Positions 38,327 through 48,821 of a stretch of 64,000 bases of DNA are shown piece by piece; the stretch's first letter is position 1; each line of letters starts with the position of its first letter. The translations under genes were made by a program, and so were the position numbers. This DNA comes from Oligoflexia bacterium. GTDB taxonomy: Bacteria; Bdellovibrionota; UBA1018. The notes under the pieces were generated by a model. It had not been told where the DNA came from, did no database searches, and saw only the letters and a program-made list of their open reading frames with translations. The DNA is taken from contig CAVWVI010000004.1 in the NCBI GenBank assembly GCA_963758495.1, positions 96,001 to 160,000 on the forward strand, read 5' to 3'.

Positions 38327-39766
38327 ATGAGACCTACTCAAAAACTATTCTGTTTTGCAATAGTCATTAGCGCATTGGGGATTCAATCCATAATGAGCAA
38401 TGCTCTAGCAGATCATACTTTTGATCCTGCTCAACTCAATGCTCCTCAATTAACAATCACTACACTTTTTACTGAAGTTCTATCTGATCCAGAAAATTAC
38501 AAAGGCTGGAAAGTCGCTGGAGTAGGTGTTGAAGAACTCATGGAATGGAAAGCGCAGATTGCTTACGTAACAAAAGCAAATCCAGAATGGAATACTATTC
38601 AGATGTCTGCCGTGACTCAGTCTCCCATTCTCTTAAATAAAAATAACCTTGGTTTTTTTGAATTCAAGGAGGGTGATTCTAAAGTTAAATGGAACGGCTC
38701 ACAAATGGGTTACGAATATATCTTTGACCCCAAAACGCTGATTACTCATGGGCATTTGTTTGGACTTCACTTTCACACGTCTCAGAGCCATCCTATTTCA
38801 TTCTATCTCATCAAAGATATCCCTATAAATACGCCAAAAGAGCAGTGGGTCTCCCACTCTAGCCTGGCTTATGAGTATTATGAAAACGGAAGACGCATGG
38901 ATAGTCGTGGAGAAACTAGAGTTGCTCATGCTTTTTTCAAAAAGGCAGCACTTGTTGACCCAGGAGCAATGGTCCTCGTAGGAAAAAGATTTGAAATGGG
39001 TGCGGGCGTACCCCAAGATTTACAAGAGGCGACTCAATGGTATGAAGAAGCGGCCAGAAATGGAAATTTTGAAGCTCTTTTTCTTCTGAGGCGGCCAAAA
39101 TTTAAAGAGTTTGTACACGCTTGGGTAGAAAGACAGAAATCATCACCCCAATTTTCAATAAGCCATACGGACGGATTGAGTAACATCTCGTGCTTAAAAC
39201 TAGAGAGTAGCATCTCTCATTTACAATCAAGCGAAGGCACGAGTGTGTCTCTGCAACCGGGGCATGATTCACCCCTCACTCAATCAGGTCAAGAGCAACC
39301 CGGCGCAGACTCAAGCCCTGAATCAGGTCATCAGCCTGGCACTCAAAATTCTTGCATGACTCAGAGCGGGGAAATATTTGTATCATTAGGGAATGATCCC
39401 GTTCTCGGTGAAGCATGGTTGAGTCCTTCAAAGGTGATTTGGTATGATATAGCTAGGACCCCTCGAGGAAAATCTCGTCTTATGGGTCAAATAGATGCTA
39501 TGAATTTTTGCGCGAGCCAAACCCCTCCTGCTCGTCTTCCTACCCGGGAAAATTTCCACGAATTAGCCCAACAATTGGGAGTAGGTAACGTGTCCGGCTA
39601 CTCTCCTCAACCGCTTTCCAGTCTCAAGGGAAATTGGTTTTGGTCGGAATCCACTCATGACTATAATCCTGATAGTGGCTTTTACTTCAATGGTAGCAAA
39701 GGCACGATTGATAGCACTCCTCGAAGAAGCCCCTTAGTGGTCAGATGTGTGCGGTATTATCGCTAA
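38327..39766 (+). CDS. Exported protein with a Sel1-like repeat and a C-terminal DUF1566/Lcl-like domain
   Basis: AMVLVGKRFEMGAGVPQDLQEATQWYEEAARNG; C-terminal AMNFC...ARLPTRE...WFWS...VRCVR. Confidence 0.7.
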   Translation: MRPTQKLFCFAIVISALGIQSIMSNALADHTFDPAQLNAPQLTITTLFTEVLSDPENYKGWKVAGVGVEELMEWKAQIAYVTKANPEWNTIQMSAVTQSPILLNKNNLGFFEFKEGDSKVKWNGSQMGYEYIFDPKTLITHGHLFGLHFHTSQSHPISFYLIKDIPINTPKEQWVSHSSLAYEYYENGRRMDSRGETRVAHAFFKKAALVDPGAMVLVGKRFEMGAGVPQDLQEATQWYEEAARNGNFEALFLLRRPKFKEFVHAWVERQKSSPQFSISHTDGLSNISCLKLESSISHLQSSEGTSVSLQPGHDSPLTQSGQEQPGADSSPESGHQPGTQNSCMTQSGEIFVSLGNDPVLGEAWLSPSKVIWYDIARTPRGKSRLMGQIDAMNFCASQTPPARLPTRENFHELAQQLGVGNVSGYSPQPLSSLKGNWFWSESTHDYNPDSGFYFNGSKGTIDSTPRRSPLVVRCVRYYR

Positions 39767-39794
39767 TAGCTTAACTTTTTTAACACTCCAGTAT

Positions 39795-40472
39795 TTATTG
39801 GATTTTAAAAATACGCGAAAGTCTCTCTCTCGCCATTTTTCCAAATAATCCACCCCGTCTCCACCATGCAGAGGGATGAGGGATCTTCTCGCCCAAACGA
39901 AGTGCGATCTCAGAAGCACCCAGAGCACGACTTACAAACCATTCTGAATCATTTCCTAAACAATGAATAGGGACATCTTTTAAAGAAGGATGCTGTAACC
40001 TTTCCCCTAAAGAAGAGACTGCATCTTGAACAGATCGAGTATTTTTTAATTTTTTAAAGGAGTAAGCCCCGTTCAGCTTACTGAATCCTAGGTTTTTGAC
40101 CGGTTCTGCACCTGGAAATAACTTGTCAATTTTAGGATCAAGGGGAAATTGAACTGCATTCATCACTACAATTTGATGATCTAAGCAGAATTTAAGGATT
40201 CGTTTCAATTCCACATCTGTGTTGGTTTGACCTTCTAATAACTCACTCAAGAGCCCCCACCACTGGCGTCCCGCTGCACCACACAGAGGTCGGCGCTCTT
40301 CTAGAACGTCTGATTCAACTTCATTAATATGAGGAGACTCGGCCACAAAAATATAACGAGGCTTCATCTTCTTAAGGGCACTTCGATCTTGTGGTGAAAA
40401 ATCCGGGACAAAATACCTTTTGTCTGGCCTACGTGAGGTCGACTTCTCAATTCTAGAAACTTCTTGCTGCAT
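39795..40472 (-). CDS. Uracil-DNA glycosylase-like superfamily protein
   Basis: IFVAESPHINE, PLCGAAG, CLG and IPHPSAW resemble UDG family motifs. Confidence 0.6.
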   Translation of the reverse strand: MQQEVSRIEKSTSRRPDKRYFVPDFSPQDRSALKKMKPRYIFVAESPHINEVESDVLEERRPLCGAAGRQWWGLLSELLEGQTNTDVELKRILKFCLDHQIVVMNAVQFPLDPKIDKLFPGAEPVKNLGFSKLNGAYSFKKLKNTRSVQDAVSSLGERLQHPSLKDVPIHCLGNDSEWFVSRALGASEIALRLGEKIPHPSAWWRRGGLFGKMARERLSRIFKIQ

Positions 40473-40481
40473 AAATATTCC

Positions 40482-42401
40482 CTACTGCTGAGTTTTAACG
40501 GCTGCTATAATTTTATCAATCACCGTCGGATCCGCAAGGGTGGAAGTATCGCCTAAATTACCATAGTCGGCTACTGAAATTTTACGTAAAAGTCGTCGCA
40601 TGATTTTACCACTGCGAGTTTTTGGCAAGCCGGGTATCCAATATATTTTTTTAGGAGTCGCAAGATGTCCTACCTCTTTTCGTACGGTTGCCACTAATTC
40701 TTGCTGTAACCTCAACGCCGGAGTGATTCCTTCTTTGAGTACCACAAAGAGTTCAAGAGATTCTCCTGTCATTGAATCAGGAACTCCCACTGCCGCTGAT
40801 TCCATAACACTTGGATGAACCAAACACGCGGATTCGACTTCAGCACTTCCTAAACGATGACCCGATACTTTGATCACATCATCGGTTCGCCCCGTAATCC
40901 AATACATTCCATTTTGATCTCGATGAGCTCCATCGCCTGAAAAATAGTTTCCTTTAAATTGTGTGAAATAAGTTTCATAGAAACGATCAGGATTTCCGTA
41001 AACTTCACTCATCTGACCGGGCCAAGAACGTGCTATCACCAAGGATCCAGACGCTTTACCGTCACACACCTCACCTTTCTCATTCAGCAACTGAGGCTCA
41101 ATACCTGGAAGAGGATAGCTAGCACTTCCGGGTTGAGTGGGACTTATTCCAGCTAATGCAGAAATTAAGATCCCTCCTGTCTCAGTCTGCCACCATGTGT
41201 CCACTATAGGCGCTCGTCCTTCACCCACTACTTGATCATACCACTTCCATGCTTCTGGATTAATCGGTTCACCTACCGAACCTAAAGTTTTAATGGATTT
41301 TCTTGAATATTTTTTGACAAACTGATCGCCAGCACTTGCTAATATTCGAATTGCGGTAGGAGCACTATAGAAAATTGAAACTTGATATCGATCCACGATC
41401 TCCCAAAAACGACCCGCATCAGGGTAAGTGGGAACACCTTCAAACATGAGTGTGGTCACTCCATTCGCAAGGGGTCCATAGAGCAAGTAAGAATGACCGG
41501 TAATCCAACCCATATCTGCCGTGCACCAATAAACTTCGTTCTCAACTGGCTGAAAAACGATTTCATGAGTGTAGGACACATAAGTCAAATATCCACCCAT
41601 TTTGTGTAAAACTCCTTTAGGAGTGCCGGTACTTCCAGAGGTATAAAGGATAAATAATGGATCTTCAGCCGAGTGCGGAGGGGCTTCATGATGCGATGAG
41701 GTGGATAAAGAGTTGAACTTTTCCCAGGGAATATCATATGATTTACTCATTGAATCAGATCTCGAATAACGATTCATCACAATGACATTCTTCACACTGG
41801 GACAACCCATAGTCATCGCTTCATCTACATTGGACTTAAGATCAATCCATTTTTCACCACGAAATGTGCCATTTGCTGTAATAATAAGCGAAGCACCACA
41901 ATCATTGACACGACTCTGAATAGAGTGGGCAGAAAATCCTCCAAAGATCACACTATGAACGGCTCCGATTCTCGCACATGCTAAAACGCTGAATGCTAAC
42001 TCAGGCACATTAGGAAGATAGATTGCAATTCGATCTCCTTTTTTGATACCCATGGCTTCAAGTGCATTGGCGACTCTGCATACTTCTTTATGGAGTTCTC
42101 GAAAGGTAAAAATTCTCTCTTCTTCTAAATGATTCCCAACCCAAATCAACGCTCGATGATCTGCTAGACCTGTCTCTAGATGACGATCTAAGCAGTTCTC
42201 TGAAACATTAAGTTCAGCACCTAAATACCATTTTACTTTTCCTGTTTTAAAGTCCCAATCTGAAACTTGATCCCATATCTTTCGCCATCTAAGCTTATAA
42301 CGAGCTACGCCATCCCAAAATGCATCACTGTTTTTTAGTGAATCATTATAAACTCGAACATAATCTTCCCAGGACTTGATTCGTGGATCCAATAATTTCA
42401 T
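40482..42401 (-). CDS. acs: Acetyl-CoA synthetase
   Basis: YTSGSTGTPKG, SVGEPINPEAW, DTWWQTETGG and LPKTRSGKIMRR motifs. Confidence 0.95.
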   Translation of the reverse strand: MKLLDPRIKSWEDYVRVYNDSLKNSDAFWDGVARYKLRWRKIWDQVSDWDFKTGKVKWYLGAELNVSENCLDRHLETGLADHRALIWVGNHLEEERIFTFRELHKEVCRVANALEAMGIKKGDRIAIYLPNVPELAFSVLACARIGAVHSVIFGGFSAHSIQSRVNDCGASLIITANGTFRGEKWIDLKSNVDEAMTMGCPSVKNVIVMNRYSRSDSMSKSYDIPWEKFNSLSTSSHHEAPPHSAEDPLFILYTSGSTGTPKGVLHKMGGYLTYVSYTHEIVFQPVENEVYWCTADMGWITGHSYLLYGPLANGVTTLMFEGVPTYPDAGRFWEIVDRYQVSIFYSAPTAIRILASAGDQFVKKYSRKSIKTLGSVGEPINPEAWKWYDQVVGEGRAPIVDTWWQTETGGILISALAGISPTQPGSASYPLPGIEPQLLNEKGEVCDGKASGSLVIARSWPGQMSEVYGNPDRFYETYFTQFKGNYFSGDGAHRDQNGMYWITGRTDDVIKVSGHRLGSAEVESACLVHPSVMESAAVGVPDSMTGESLELFVVLKEGITPALRLQQELVATVRKEVGHLATPKKIYWIPGLPKTRSGKIMRRLLRKISVADYGNLGDTSTLADPTVIDKIIAAVKTQQ

Positions 42402-42476
42402 GGATCTACCTTAAACTACTCACCTGAGAAAATGACTAAAAAATAGAGGTTATTTGAATTTTACTTTATTTAACCG

Positions 42477-42689
42477 CTAAGAGGCAACAGCCCTTTTCTC
42501 GCGTTCGATTTCCCCGGAAACCTTCGCAACCCCAGAGCGAAAGGTATCACCCACAGTCCGAGTACTCAGCGGGAGACGGATCCCATAGGATTGGAGAAAC
42601 TCTTGTACTCTAAAACGATTTCTCCACAAATAAAATCCACCCACCAACAAAAGCGCCATCATTCCCATCGTATTCGACCTACGCATCAA
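42477..42689 (-). CDS. Small membrane-anchored hypothetical protein
   Basis: 70 aa, single TM segment, directly abutting the upstream gene with a GAAAGGA RBS. Confidence 0.6.
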   Translation of the reverse strand: MMRRSNTMGMMALLLVGGFYLWRNRFRVQEFLQSYGIRLPLSTRTVGDTFRSGVAKVSGEIEREKRAVAS

Positions 42690-43325
42690 TCATCCTTTCT
42701 TTTCCATGACTAAGGGAGCTTGAATCGTAAAAGTAATCGTTTCAGAACTCACTGTAGTCTGACCCTGATCATTTTGAGCAATGATGTGACCTTCATATTT
42801 GAGAGACTCACCATTGATTGCTAGCTTCTTTAATTCATTATCAGAAAGTTCTGCTCGCCAGGTACTTCCCTCCAGATGCTTCATGTCTACACTCACTGGC
42901 CTTTCAAAAAACTTAAGCCGCTGATCAGTATCTGAAGCAAAATACAAACGAAGTTTCACTTTGTCTAAATTGGACCCTAAACTTTTGATATCAACATAAA
43001 CATTAACCGGCTGAGCCGCGTCAAGACGTGGGCCCAAAATCACTACATTAGGAACCACCCGAGGATTCGCAATAACGGGAGGTGCAATAGGCATACCCGA
43101 AGTCGCCACTCCCCCACCGCTTGCTTGTTCTGCATCCGAAGAAATGACCGTTTTTTCATTCGTTTTTTGACCAACTTTCGGAGAAGAAGAGCAGGCTGAT
43201 ATTCCAAAAATTAGTCCTGAAATAAGAGCTCCTGAAATGAGGCTCGAAGAAACAATGCGATGCTTGCTTGTTGTCAGCATTGAAAATATTTTCATACTCC
43301 ACTGAAACTGCAATCGAAATACCAC
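42690..43325 (-). CDS. Hypothetical lipoprotein
   Basis: Hydrophobic stretch ending in an ISAC lipobox; start uncertain. Confidence 0.65.
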   Translation of the reverse strand: MVFRLQFQWSMKIFSMLTTSKHRIVSSSLISGALISGLIFGISACSSSPKVGQKTNEKTVISSDAEQASGGGVATSGMPIAPPVIANPRVVPNVVILGPRLDAAQPVNVYVDIKSLGSNLDKVKLRLYFASDTDQRLKFFERPVSVDMKHLEGSTWRAELSDNELKKLAINGESLKYEGHIIAQNDQGQTTVSSETITFTIQAPLVMEKKG

Positions 43326-43428
43326 TCTCGAACTTCAACACAAGGCATCTAAAAAATTAAAGAAATTTCCGCTCCTTGTCACAAAAAATTCATAAATAAA
43401 TATTGCACAGAACAAACTCGATGATAGC

Positions 43429-44130
43429 ATGTCCCGTGGGGGAAATTTTACGATGAAAAATTATTTCATTTTATTAGGTTCATTTTTATTATCATCAACA
43501 GCTGCATTTGCATTCACTTTCGATAGTGATGTTCCTGAAGCAATCCAGACTCAAATCAAACAGGATCTTAAGTTTATAGGAACTATTCAAAGCAATACTC
43601 AATCAGATTTACATAAACAAATTTTCGGTCCTGTCGCCGGTGTCACTTACACCAGTTTTTTCAATGATCGCGTCACGGGCATTGGCCTCAATGGCTGCGG
43701 AAATGGAAATGCGGTTGCTTGCGTTATCCCGTTCGCTGATTCCTCTAAAATGTGGCTCACAAATAATTATATCAAATTTAACCATCCTCAAATCGCAAGA
43801 ATGATGGTGGTCTTTCACGAATCAAGACACACTGAAAGTGACAACGGCAACTGGCCTCATGCAACTTGCCCAGATCCATTTCTAGATAAAGACGGAAACT
43901 CAATAAAAAGCATCTGGACTGGATCTACACTCGCAAATGAACCCGCATGTGACGAAACTCCTTTTGGCTCTTACGGCTCTTCCATGATTATGTTAAAAAA
44001 CATTTCTAAATACTGCACAAATTGCACTGATAAAGTAAAAATGGATGCAGGAATTTATGCCGATGATCAATTCAAAAGAATTATTGATCGAAATGCAATT
44101 CAAGAAATTAAAAACGATCTCTATAAGTAA
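43429..44130 (+). CDS. Exported Cys-rich hypothetical protein with an HExxH motif
   Basis: Signal peptide ending AFA; VFHESRH; several Cys. Probable start MKNYF at 43453. Confidence 0.7.
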   Translation: MSRGGNFTMKNYFILLGSFLLSSTAAFAFTFDSDVPEAIQTQIKQDLKFIGTIQSNTQSDLHKQIFGPVAGVTYTSFFNDRVTGIGLNGCGNGNAVACVIPFADSSKMWLTNNYIKFNHPQIARMMVVFHESRHTESDNGNWPHATCPDPFLDKDGNSIKSIWTGSTLANEPACDETPFGSYGSSMIMLKNISKYCTNCTDKVKMDAGIYADDQFKRIIDRNAIQEIKNDLYK

Positions 44131-44171
44131 GTTCCGTCACCTTAACGTTTAGTGAAGTTCGGTGAAGCTCA

Positions 44172-44867
44172 ATGAAAAAAACCAGTAAAGGCATCATTTT
44201 ACTGCTAAGTCTCACATTAGGAATTTGGATGTGGAAATCAAGAGGAGTTCCACATCCAAAACTCCTCGAGGGCATTCCTAACTCTATTTTGACAAGTCCC
44301 ATTTGGGTTTCTAAACAAAACCATGAAAATTCATATATTCAAACTTCCGTAATCGTTCCTTCTCAAAATGATATTCAATCTGAGAAAGTGGAAACCCTGA
44401 GAAAATTACAAATTCTTAAGGAAATATTCACATCTAAAAACGACAATGATCCTCGACTGGATCAAGATTTAAAAGAACTCACTCCACATACCAAACAAGC
44501 CTTGGAAGAAAAATATAACTCACTTCATACTGAATTGAGAAATGAACGAGGAACCCTCGTTTTCCTTATTGGGAGAAATCTCAATTCCAAAGAGGATTTT
44601 GATTTTTTTAGAAAGGTGGTTTCTGAGGCGCCGTGCTTGAGCTTAAACGATTGCACAAACAGTATAAATACTTCTGACTCTTCAGATGATAATAATGCAG
44701 TCGAAATCACTTTGAACTATCCTCAAATCGTGGCTTTGAAATCTTTAAAATCCTATCTTATAAAAAACCCATCATCACCTGAAGCAAAGTCGGTACTCGA
44801 AGAAGCATTGAAATCTAAAAGTCGTTTAGTCGCTCAAATGGCCTCAGAAATAATAAAAAAACTATAA
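44172..44867 (+). CDS. Membrane-anchored hypothetical helical protein
   Basis: 231-aa ORF with an N-terminal TM segment, co-oriented with the previous gene. Confidence 0.65.
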   Translation: MKKTSKGIILLLSLTLGIWMWKSRGVPHPKLLEGIPNSILTSPIWVSKQNHENSYIQTSVIVPSQNDIQSEKVETLRKLQILKEIFTSKNDNDPRLDQDLKELTPHTKQALEEKYNSLHTELRNERGTLVFLIGRNLNSKEDFDFFRKVVSEAPCLSLNDCTNSINTSDSSDDNNAVEITLNYPQIVALKSLKSYLIKNPSSPEAKSVLEEALKSKSRLVAQMASEIIKKL

Positions 44868-45054
44868 TTTATCACGTATAAGTATTTGAATTTATAATAT
44901 TATTTGAATAAAAAATTTCTTGAAATGATTACGATATTATTACAACAATTATACTTGACTAATTTAGTAAAGTATAAGATCATAAATCTTATCTACCGCT
45001 AATAAAAAATCAAAAAATTAAATAAAAAATAATTTTAAAAAAAAGGGGACTCGT

Positions 45055-45903
45055 ATGACTTCACTTCGGAACCTTGTGCAAACAAATCGAAATGGAATTT
45101 TAAATACACTCTCACTCAGCGCAATGATTATCGCCTCCGGCTGCGGAAAGACAACTACCCAACCTAATAATGTAGTCACTAATGCACAGGTCAGTGCGTA
45201 CACATCTGCCCAAGGGGATCAATGGGTCGAAGCTGTCATTAGTTTAAACACAGGGAATTACCCTTTAGCTGGGATCACCCTACCCATTACTGACCCTAAA
45301 AACATGACTAAGCAGTATGGCACCCTCTCCATCGCACCTACCCTTTGTGGAATTGGTTGTAACAAAGGCGATCTCACCGTTGCTGTTGATTTGAGTTCCA
45401 TTTCAAAATCTACACCTATTCCAAATCCAACTCTTCCTAACGGAACCCCATTGCCTCTAGGCGGACTCAGCACAGCAACCGTTGTTGGAATGCCGGTAGA
45501 TAATACAAACGCAATGATCTATTACGCATTTGCTCCTAATACTGCAATCTTAGGAACTGCAATTCCATTTTCCGCACTGAATCCAGCAGGTCAATATGCA
45601 GCAGGCGCCGATATCTTCTTCCCGATTCAGTTCCCAAATGTAGACATCGATGCGGGGATGTTCTTTGGCGCTAACGTGAATACCACGGGCGTAGGCGTGT
45701 TCATAGATGTCTTGAACGTAATTAATAACACTCCAGCTCCAAGTCCAAGCCCAACTGCAGAATTAGCCATTAAATCCAGCTCAGCATCTCATCAGAGCGA
45801 AATTACGATGGAGACAGTAAGACCTTCTCAACATAAAGAAAATGCCATTTATCAAAAGCTGTATGAACTCAGCATTCCTGGTCCTACCCTGAAGCTTGAA
45901 TAA
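45055..45903 (+). CDS. Hypothetical lipoprotein
   Basis: IASGC lipobox, GGGG RBS, followed by a terminator. Confidence 0.72.
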   Translation: MTSLRNLVQTNRNGILNTLSLSAMIIASGCGKTTTQPNNVVTNAQVSAYTSAQGDQWVEAVISLNTGNYPLAGITLPITDPKNMTKQYGTLSIAPTLCGIGCNKGDLTVAVDLSSISKSTPIPNPTLPNGTPLPLGGLSTATVVGMPVDNTNAMIYYAFAPNTAILGTAIPFSALNPAGQYAAGADIFFPIQFPNVDIDAGMFFGANVNTTGVGVFIDVLNVINNTPAPSPSPTAELAIKSSSASHQSEITMETVRPSQHKENAIYQKLYELSIPGPTLKLE

Positions 45904-45941
45904 CGCTTTACAGTAGAACAACAAAAAAGAGTTCAATTCTA

Positions 45942-45980
45942 CCGAAGGCCAGGTGCAAAGCACTTGGCCTTCGGCTTTTT
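45942..45980 (+). terminator. Intrinsic terminator
   Basis: ccgaaggccaggtgc-aaa-gcacttggccttcgg followed by cttttt. Confidence 0.85.
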
Positions 45981-46049
45981 ATAAAAGCAACTTGCTTTTG
46001 CAATGATTATAAAATGGACTTATACCTTGAACCAGAGAAGGAACTATTC

Positions 46050-46490
46050 ATGTCAATCTGGAAAAAAAGACCCACTTTAGACCAACTCAATGAAATGAAC
46101 CAAGGGACCATTCATGATGCGCTCGGTATCCGGTTTTCAAAAATTGGGGATGATTACCTTGAAGCCACGATGCCTGTAGATCAAAGAACTCAACAGCCCT
46201 ATGGATTGCTTCATGGAGGCGCATCCGTCGTGTTAGCAGAGTCTCTGGGAAGTGTCGCCTCGGTCCTGGTCATTGGCTCTGAAGATAAAATAGGTATCGG
46301 CATTGAAGTCAACGCCAGTCACCTCAATGCAGCTCGCGAAGGAACTGTGACAGGAAGAGTCACACCTCTTCGATTGGGGCATTCGCTCCACGTTTGGGAA
46401 ATTCAAATACGCGATACTTCAAACATTAACAGCGATCCAGTGTGTCAAGCGCGACTCACCGTCTTAATTAAGAATTTAAAAACTCGGTGA
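46050..46490 (+). CDS. menI: Hotdog-fold thioesterase, probable DHNA-CoA hydrolase
   Basis: MPVDQRTQQPYGLLHGGASVVLAESLGS (YdiI/MenI-like); adjacent to the men cluster. Confidence 0.78.
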   Translation: MSIWKKRPTLDQLNEMNQGTIHDALGIRFSKIGDDYLEATMPVDQRTQQPYGLLHGGASVVLAESLGSVASVLVIGSEDKIGIGIEVNASHLNAAREGTVTGRVTPLRLGHSLHVWEIQIRDTSNINSDPVCQARLTVLIKNLKTR

Positions 46491-47660
46491 AGTAGCCACC
46501 TTCTCCAGACAAGCAGAAGAAATCAGCTTACCTAAAGCCGTTCGTGGAATTGTGTCCATTTGATGGGTTTTTCGAATTCTTTCAAATCCTAAAACCTTGG
46601 AATTAAATTTTTCAACTAAATGAATGCAATCAGGTTCTGAAATCTGAGAATCATAAATCAAATGGATCGCCTGCCCTAAGCGATCATCGGGTACGGGTAA
46701 AATGGCTAGGTCTCCAAGCAACTGATAATGACTTCGAATTTCATCGAAGATGCCTCGCAATCGAGACACATCCACACTTTCTCCACCAATTTTCACAAAA
46801 TCGTCTATTCGTCCCAGTATTTGAAGCTGCCGATTTTTTAAAACTCCGCGATCTTGTGAATAAAACCAACCGTCTTTTTTAGGGTCCACGAATCGGGGGC
46901 GACCTTCATTTTCGTAAATATAACCCGAGAGAAGTGAACTTCCCTTGATTTGTAACTTTCCATCATAGGCTTCTTGAACTTCTAAATGGCCCAATACTTC
47001 CAAAGAAGGAATGGCAAGCTCGGAAATTTTCCCATCTAAGTTAATTTTCTGATGAGAAAGAGAATCCATGCTTGCAGTCGCTATTTGAGAACACGTTTCA
47101 GTCATTCCATAAGTAGGTAAAAGAGGCCAGTCCAGGCTTCTTGCTTTTTGATAAATCGCCGTCGAAAGAGCTCCTCCTCCCACCAATACTGCCCTTAAAG
47201 AAGGAGGAGAGTGAAAGTTTTCTTTCACTAAATCGTAAATCTGAGTGGGAACAAGTGCAGTCAAGGTTGCACCACTCTCTTGAAGAGCATGCACAAAGTC
47301 TTTTGGATTCCACGATTGAAATTTAACAACTCGAGCCCCATTCAAAAAGCTTCTCGCCCAGATTCCCAAACCCCCCACATGAAAATCAGGCAAAGGATGG
47401 AGCCAAATATCAGAGCTCTTGCTTTCAAGATGCCTATTGACGGCTTCTGCAGAGGCTAAAAATGCGGTTTTACTCAGGGCAACCCATTTTAAATCTTGGA
47501 TCGACTGTGCTGTAGTCCCTGAAGTCAGTAGAAATAGATGCCCTTGGAGGGGACTTGCCACTTCCGGAATCAGACCTTGTAAATGCTGAGCTTGGTCCTG
47601 AGGAAATTGAGGATTTAAAAATAAATGATTTTCTGCGGAAGTCCAAGGGATCATCATCAT
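46476..47660 (-). CDS. menE: o-succinylbenzoate-CoA ligase
   Basis: LTSGTT, LPDFHVGG, TYGMTETCSQ and GRIDD motifs; position in the men operon. Confidence 0.85.
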   Translation of the reverse strand: MMMIPWTSAENHLFLNPQFPQDQAQHLQGLIPEVASPLQGHLFLLTSGTTAQSIQDLKWVALSKTAFLASAEAVNRHLESKSSDIWLHPLPDFHVGGLGIWARSFLNGARVVKFQSWNPKDFVHALQESGATLTALVPTQIYDLVKENFHSPPSLRAVLVGGGALSTAIYQKARSLDWPLLPTYGMTETCSQIATASMDSLSHQKINLDGKISELAIPSLEVLGHLEVQEAYDGKLQIKGSSLLSGYIYENEGRPRFVDPKKDGWFYSQDRGVLKNRQLQILGRIDDFVKIGGESVDVSRLRGIFDEIRSHYQLLGDLAILPVPDDRLGQAIHLIYDSQISEPDCIHLVEKFNSKVLGFERIRKTHQMDTIPRTALGKLISSACLEKVATSPSF

Positions 47661-47676
47661 GATCTACCATCTTTCT

Positions 47677-48804
47677 TTAAAGAGGTTTCCAAATTTGATG
47701 GGCTAAATTCTGATCCATACCCAACCCCACACCTTGAGGAATTTTCAGATCAGGTCCCTGAGAATCAATCCAATCCGAGACTCCTTGAGGTTCATAAGAA
47801 AAATGACTCAGTAAACCACAGGCTTCTACTTTCACTCTCCCTTTCTCTTTGCCCAGACGACAAAGCTGAACGGCAGTCCAAGCAGCGCAGTATTGCCCAA
47901 ACGGATGATCCAGATAACTTGTGACTACTAGGTTTACCCCAAACTTCTCAGCCAATGCAGTCATCCACTTGGGATCTTGAATGGCTGGCTTGAGCACTAC
48001 CAATGAAAATGAGCCCGGTACGAGGTGAGATTGGATCTCTTCAGACATTCGATCTAACGCGAGACGCACGCCCCACTTTTTTTGAATCTCACTCCAAAGG
48101 CGAGAATCATAAGGAGTGGGGTCTTCAATAAAATCAATTTGCTCTCTCGCCAATTTCAACTTTTGGTTTAATTTTTGGTTTAACCCTGGGTCTAAACCTT
48201 GACCTAACTCTTGAAAAAATATCTCAACGTCGTCACCCGTGAGGGCAGAATTAAAATCTAATCGAACTTTAAGGGAATACTGACGAAGAAGAGATCCTAA
48301 TTGAGCCAGGACTCTCGCTCCCTCTCTAAAATTTGATGAGCCTAATTTCAATTTAATAGAAGTAAAGCCTTGGCTCGCCAACGACTCCAGAAGTACGGGC
48401 GTCAGGAGCTTGAGATGAGCCAACAAGGCATGACTCGGAGGAATCCCCCCTATGTGACTCTCCCTATTCTCTCTCTTACCCATATCCCCCTTATCCCCAA
48501 AATTCCAAAGACTCGTGTGAGCCGCACGAGCTTCCGAATCCATTTGAGCAAAGAATAGGGACCGACGAGTGAGATTTGTTAAATGACCTTTTTTTAATAA
48601 ATCCAATTGAGATGTTAAAGGAAGATCACCCAGCTCAGGCCAAGGAAAACAATCCGCATATCCTACTTTTCCATCTTTAAATTGAATTTTTAAAAGTGAG
48701 CCCTTGCGCGGTGCTAAAGCAGCAACGCTCCCCAGTGGCGTTTTAGGAAACAGTTCATATAAGCTGTAAGCGATATGCAGAGACGAAAAATCTAAGTTCG
48801 TCAC
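47677..48804 (-). CDS. menC: o-succinylbenzoate synthase (enolase superfamily)
   Basis: KLKLG, RLDFN, FIEDP, ALD and VLKP motifs; operon context. Confidence 0.82.
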   Translation of the reverse strand: MTNLDFSSLHIAYSLYELFPKTPLGSVAALAPRKGSLLKIQFKDGKVGYADCFPWPELGDLPLTSQLDLLKKGHLTNLTRRSLFFAQMDSEARAAHTSLWNFGDKGDMGKRENRESHIGGIPPSHALLAHLKLLTPVLLESLASQGFTSIKLKLGSSNFREGARVLAQLGSLLRQYSLKVRLDFNSALTGDDVEIFFQELGQGLDPGLNQKLNQKLKLAREQIDFIEDPTPYDSRLWSEIQKKWGVRLALDRMSEEIQSHLVPGSFSLVVLKPAIQDPKWMTALAEKFGVNLVVTSYLDHPFGQYCAAWTAVQLCRLGKEKGRVKVEACGLLSHFSYEPQGVSDWIDSQGPDLKIPQGVGLGMDQNLAHQIWKPL

Positions 48805-48821
48805 CTAGTCCATCTCCCCAT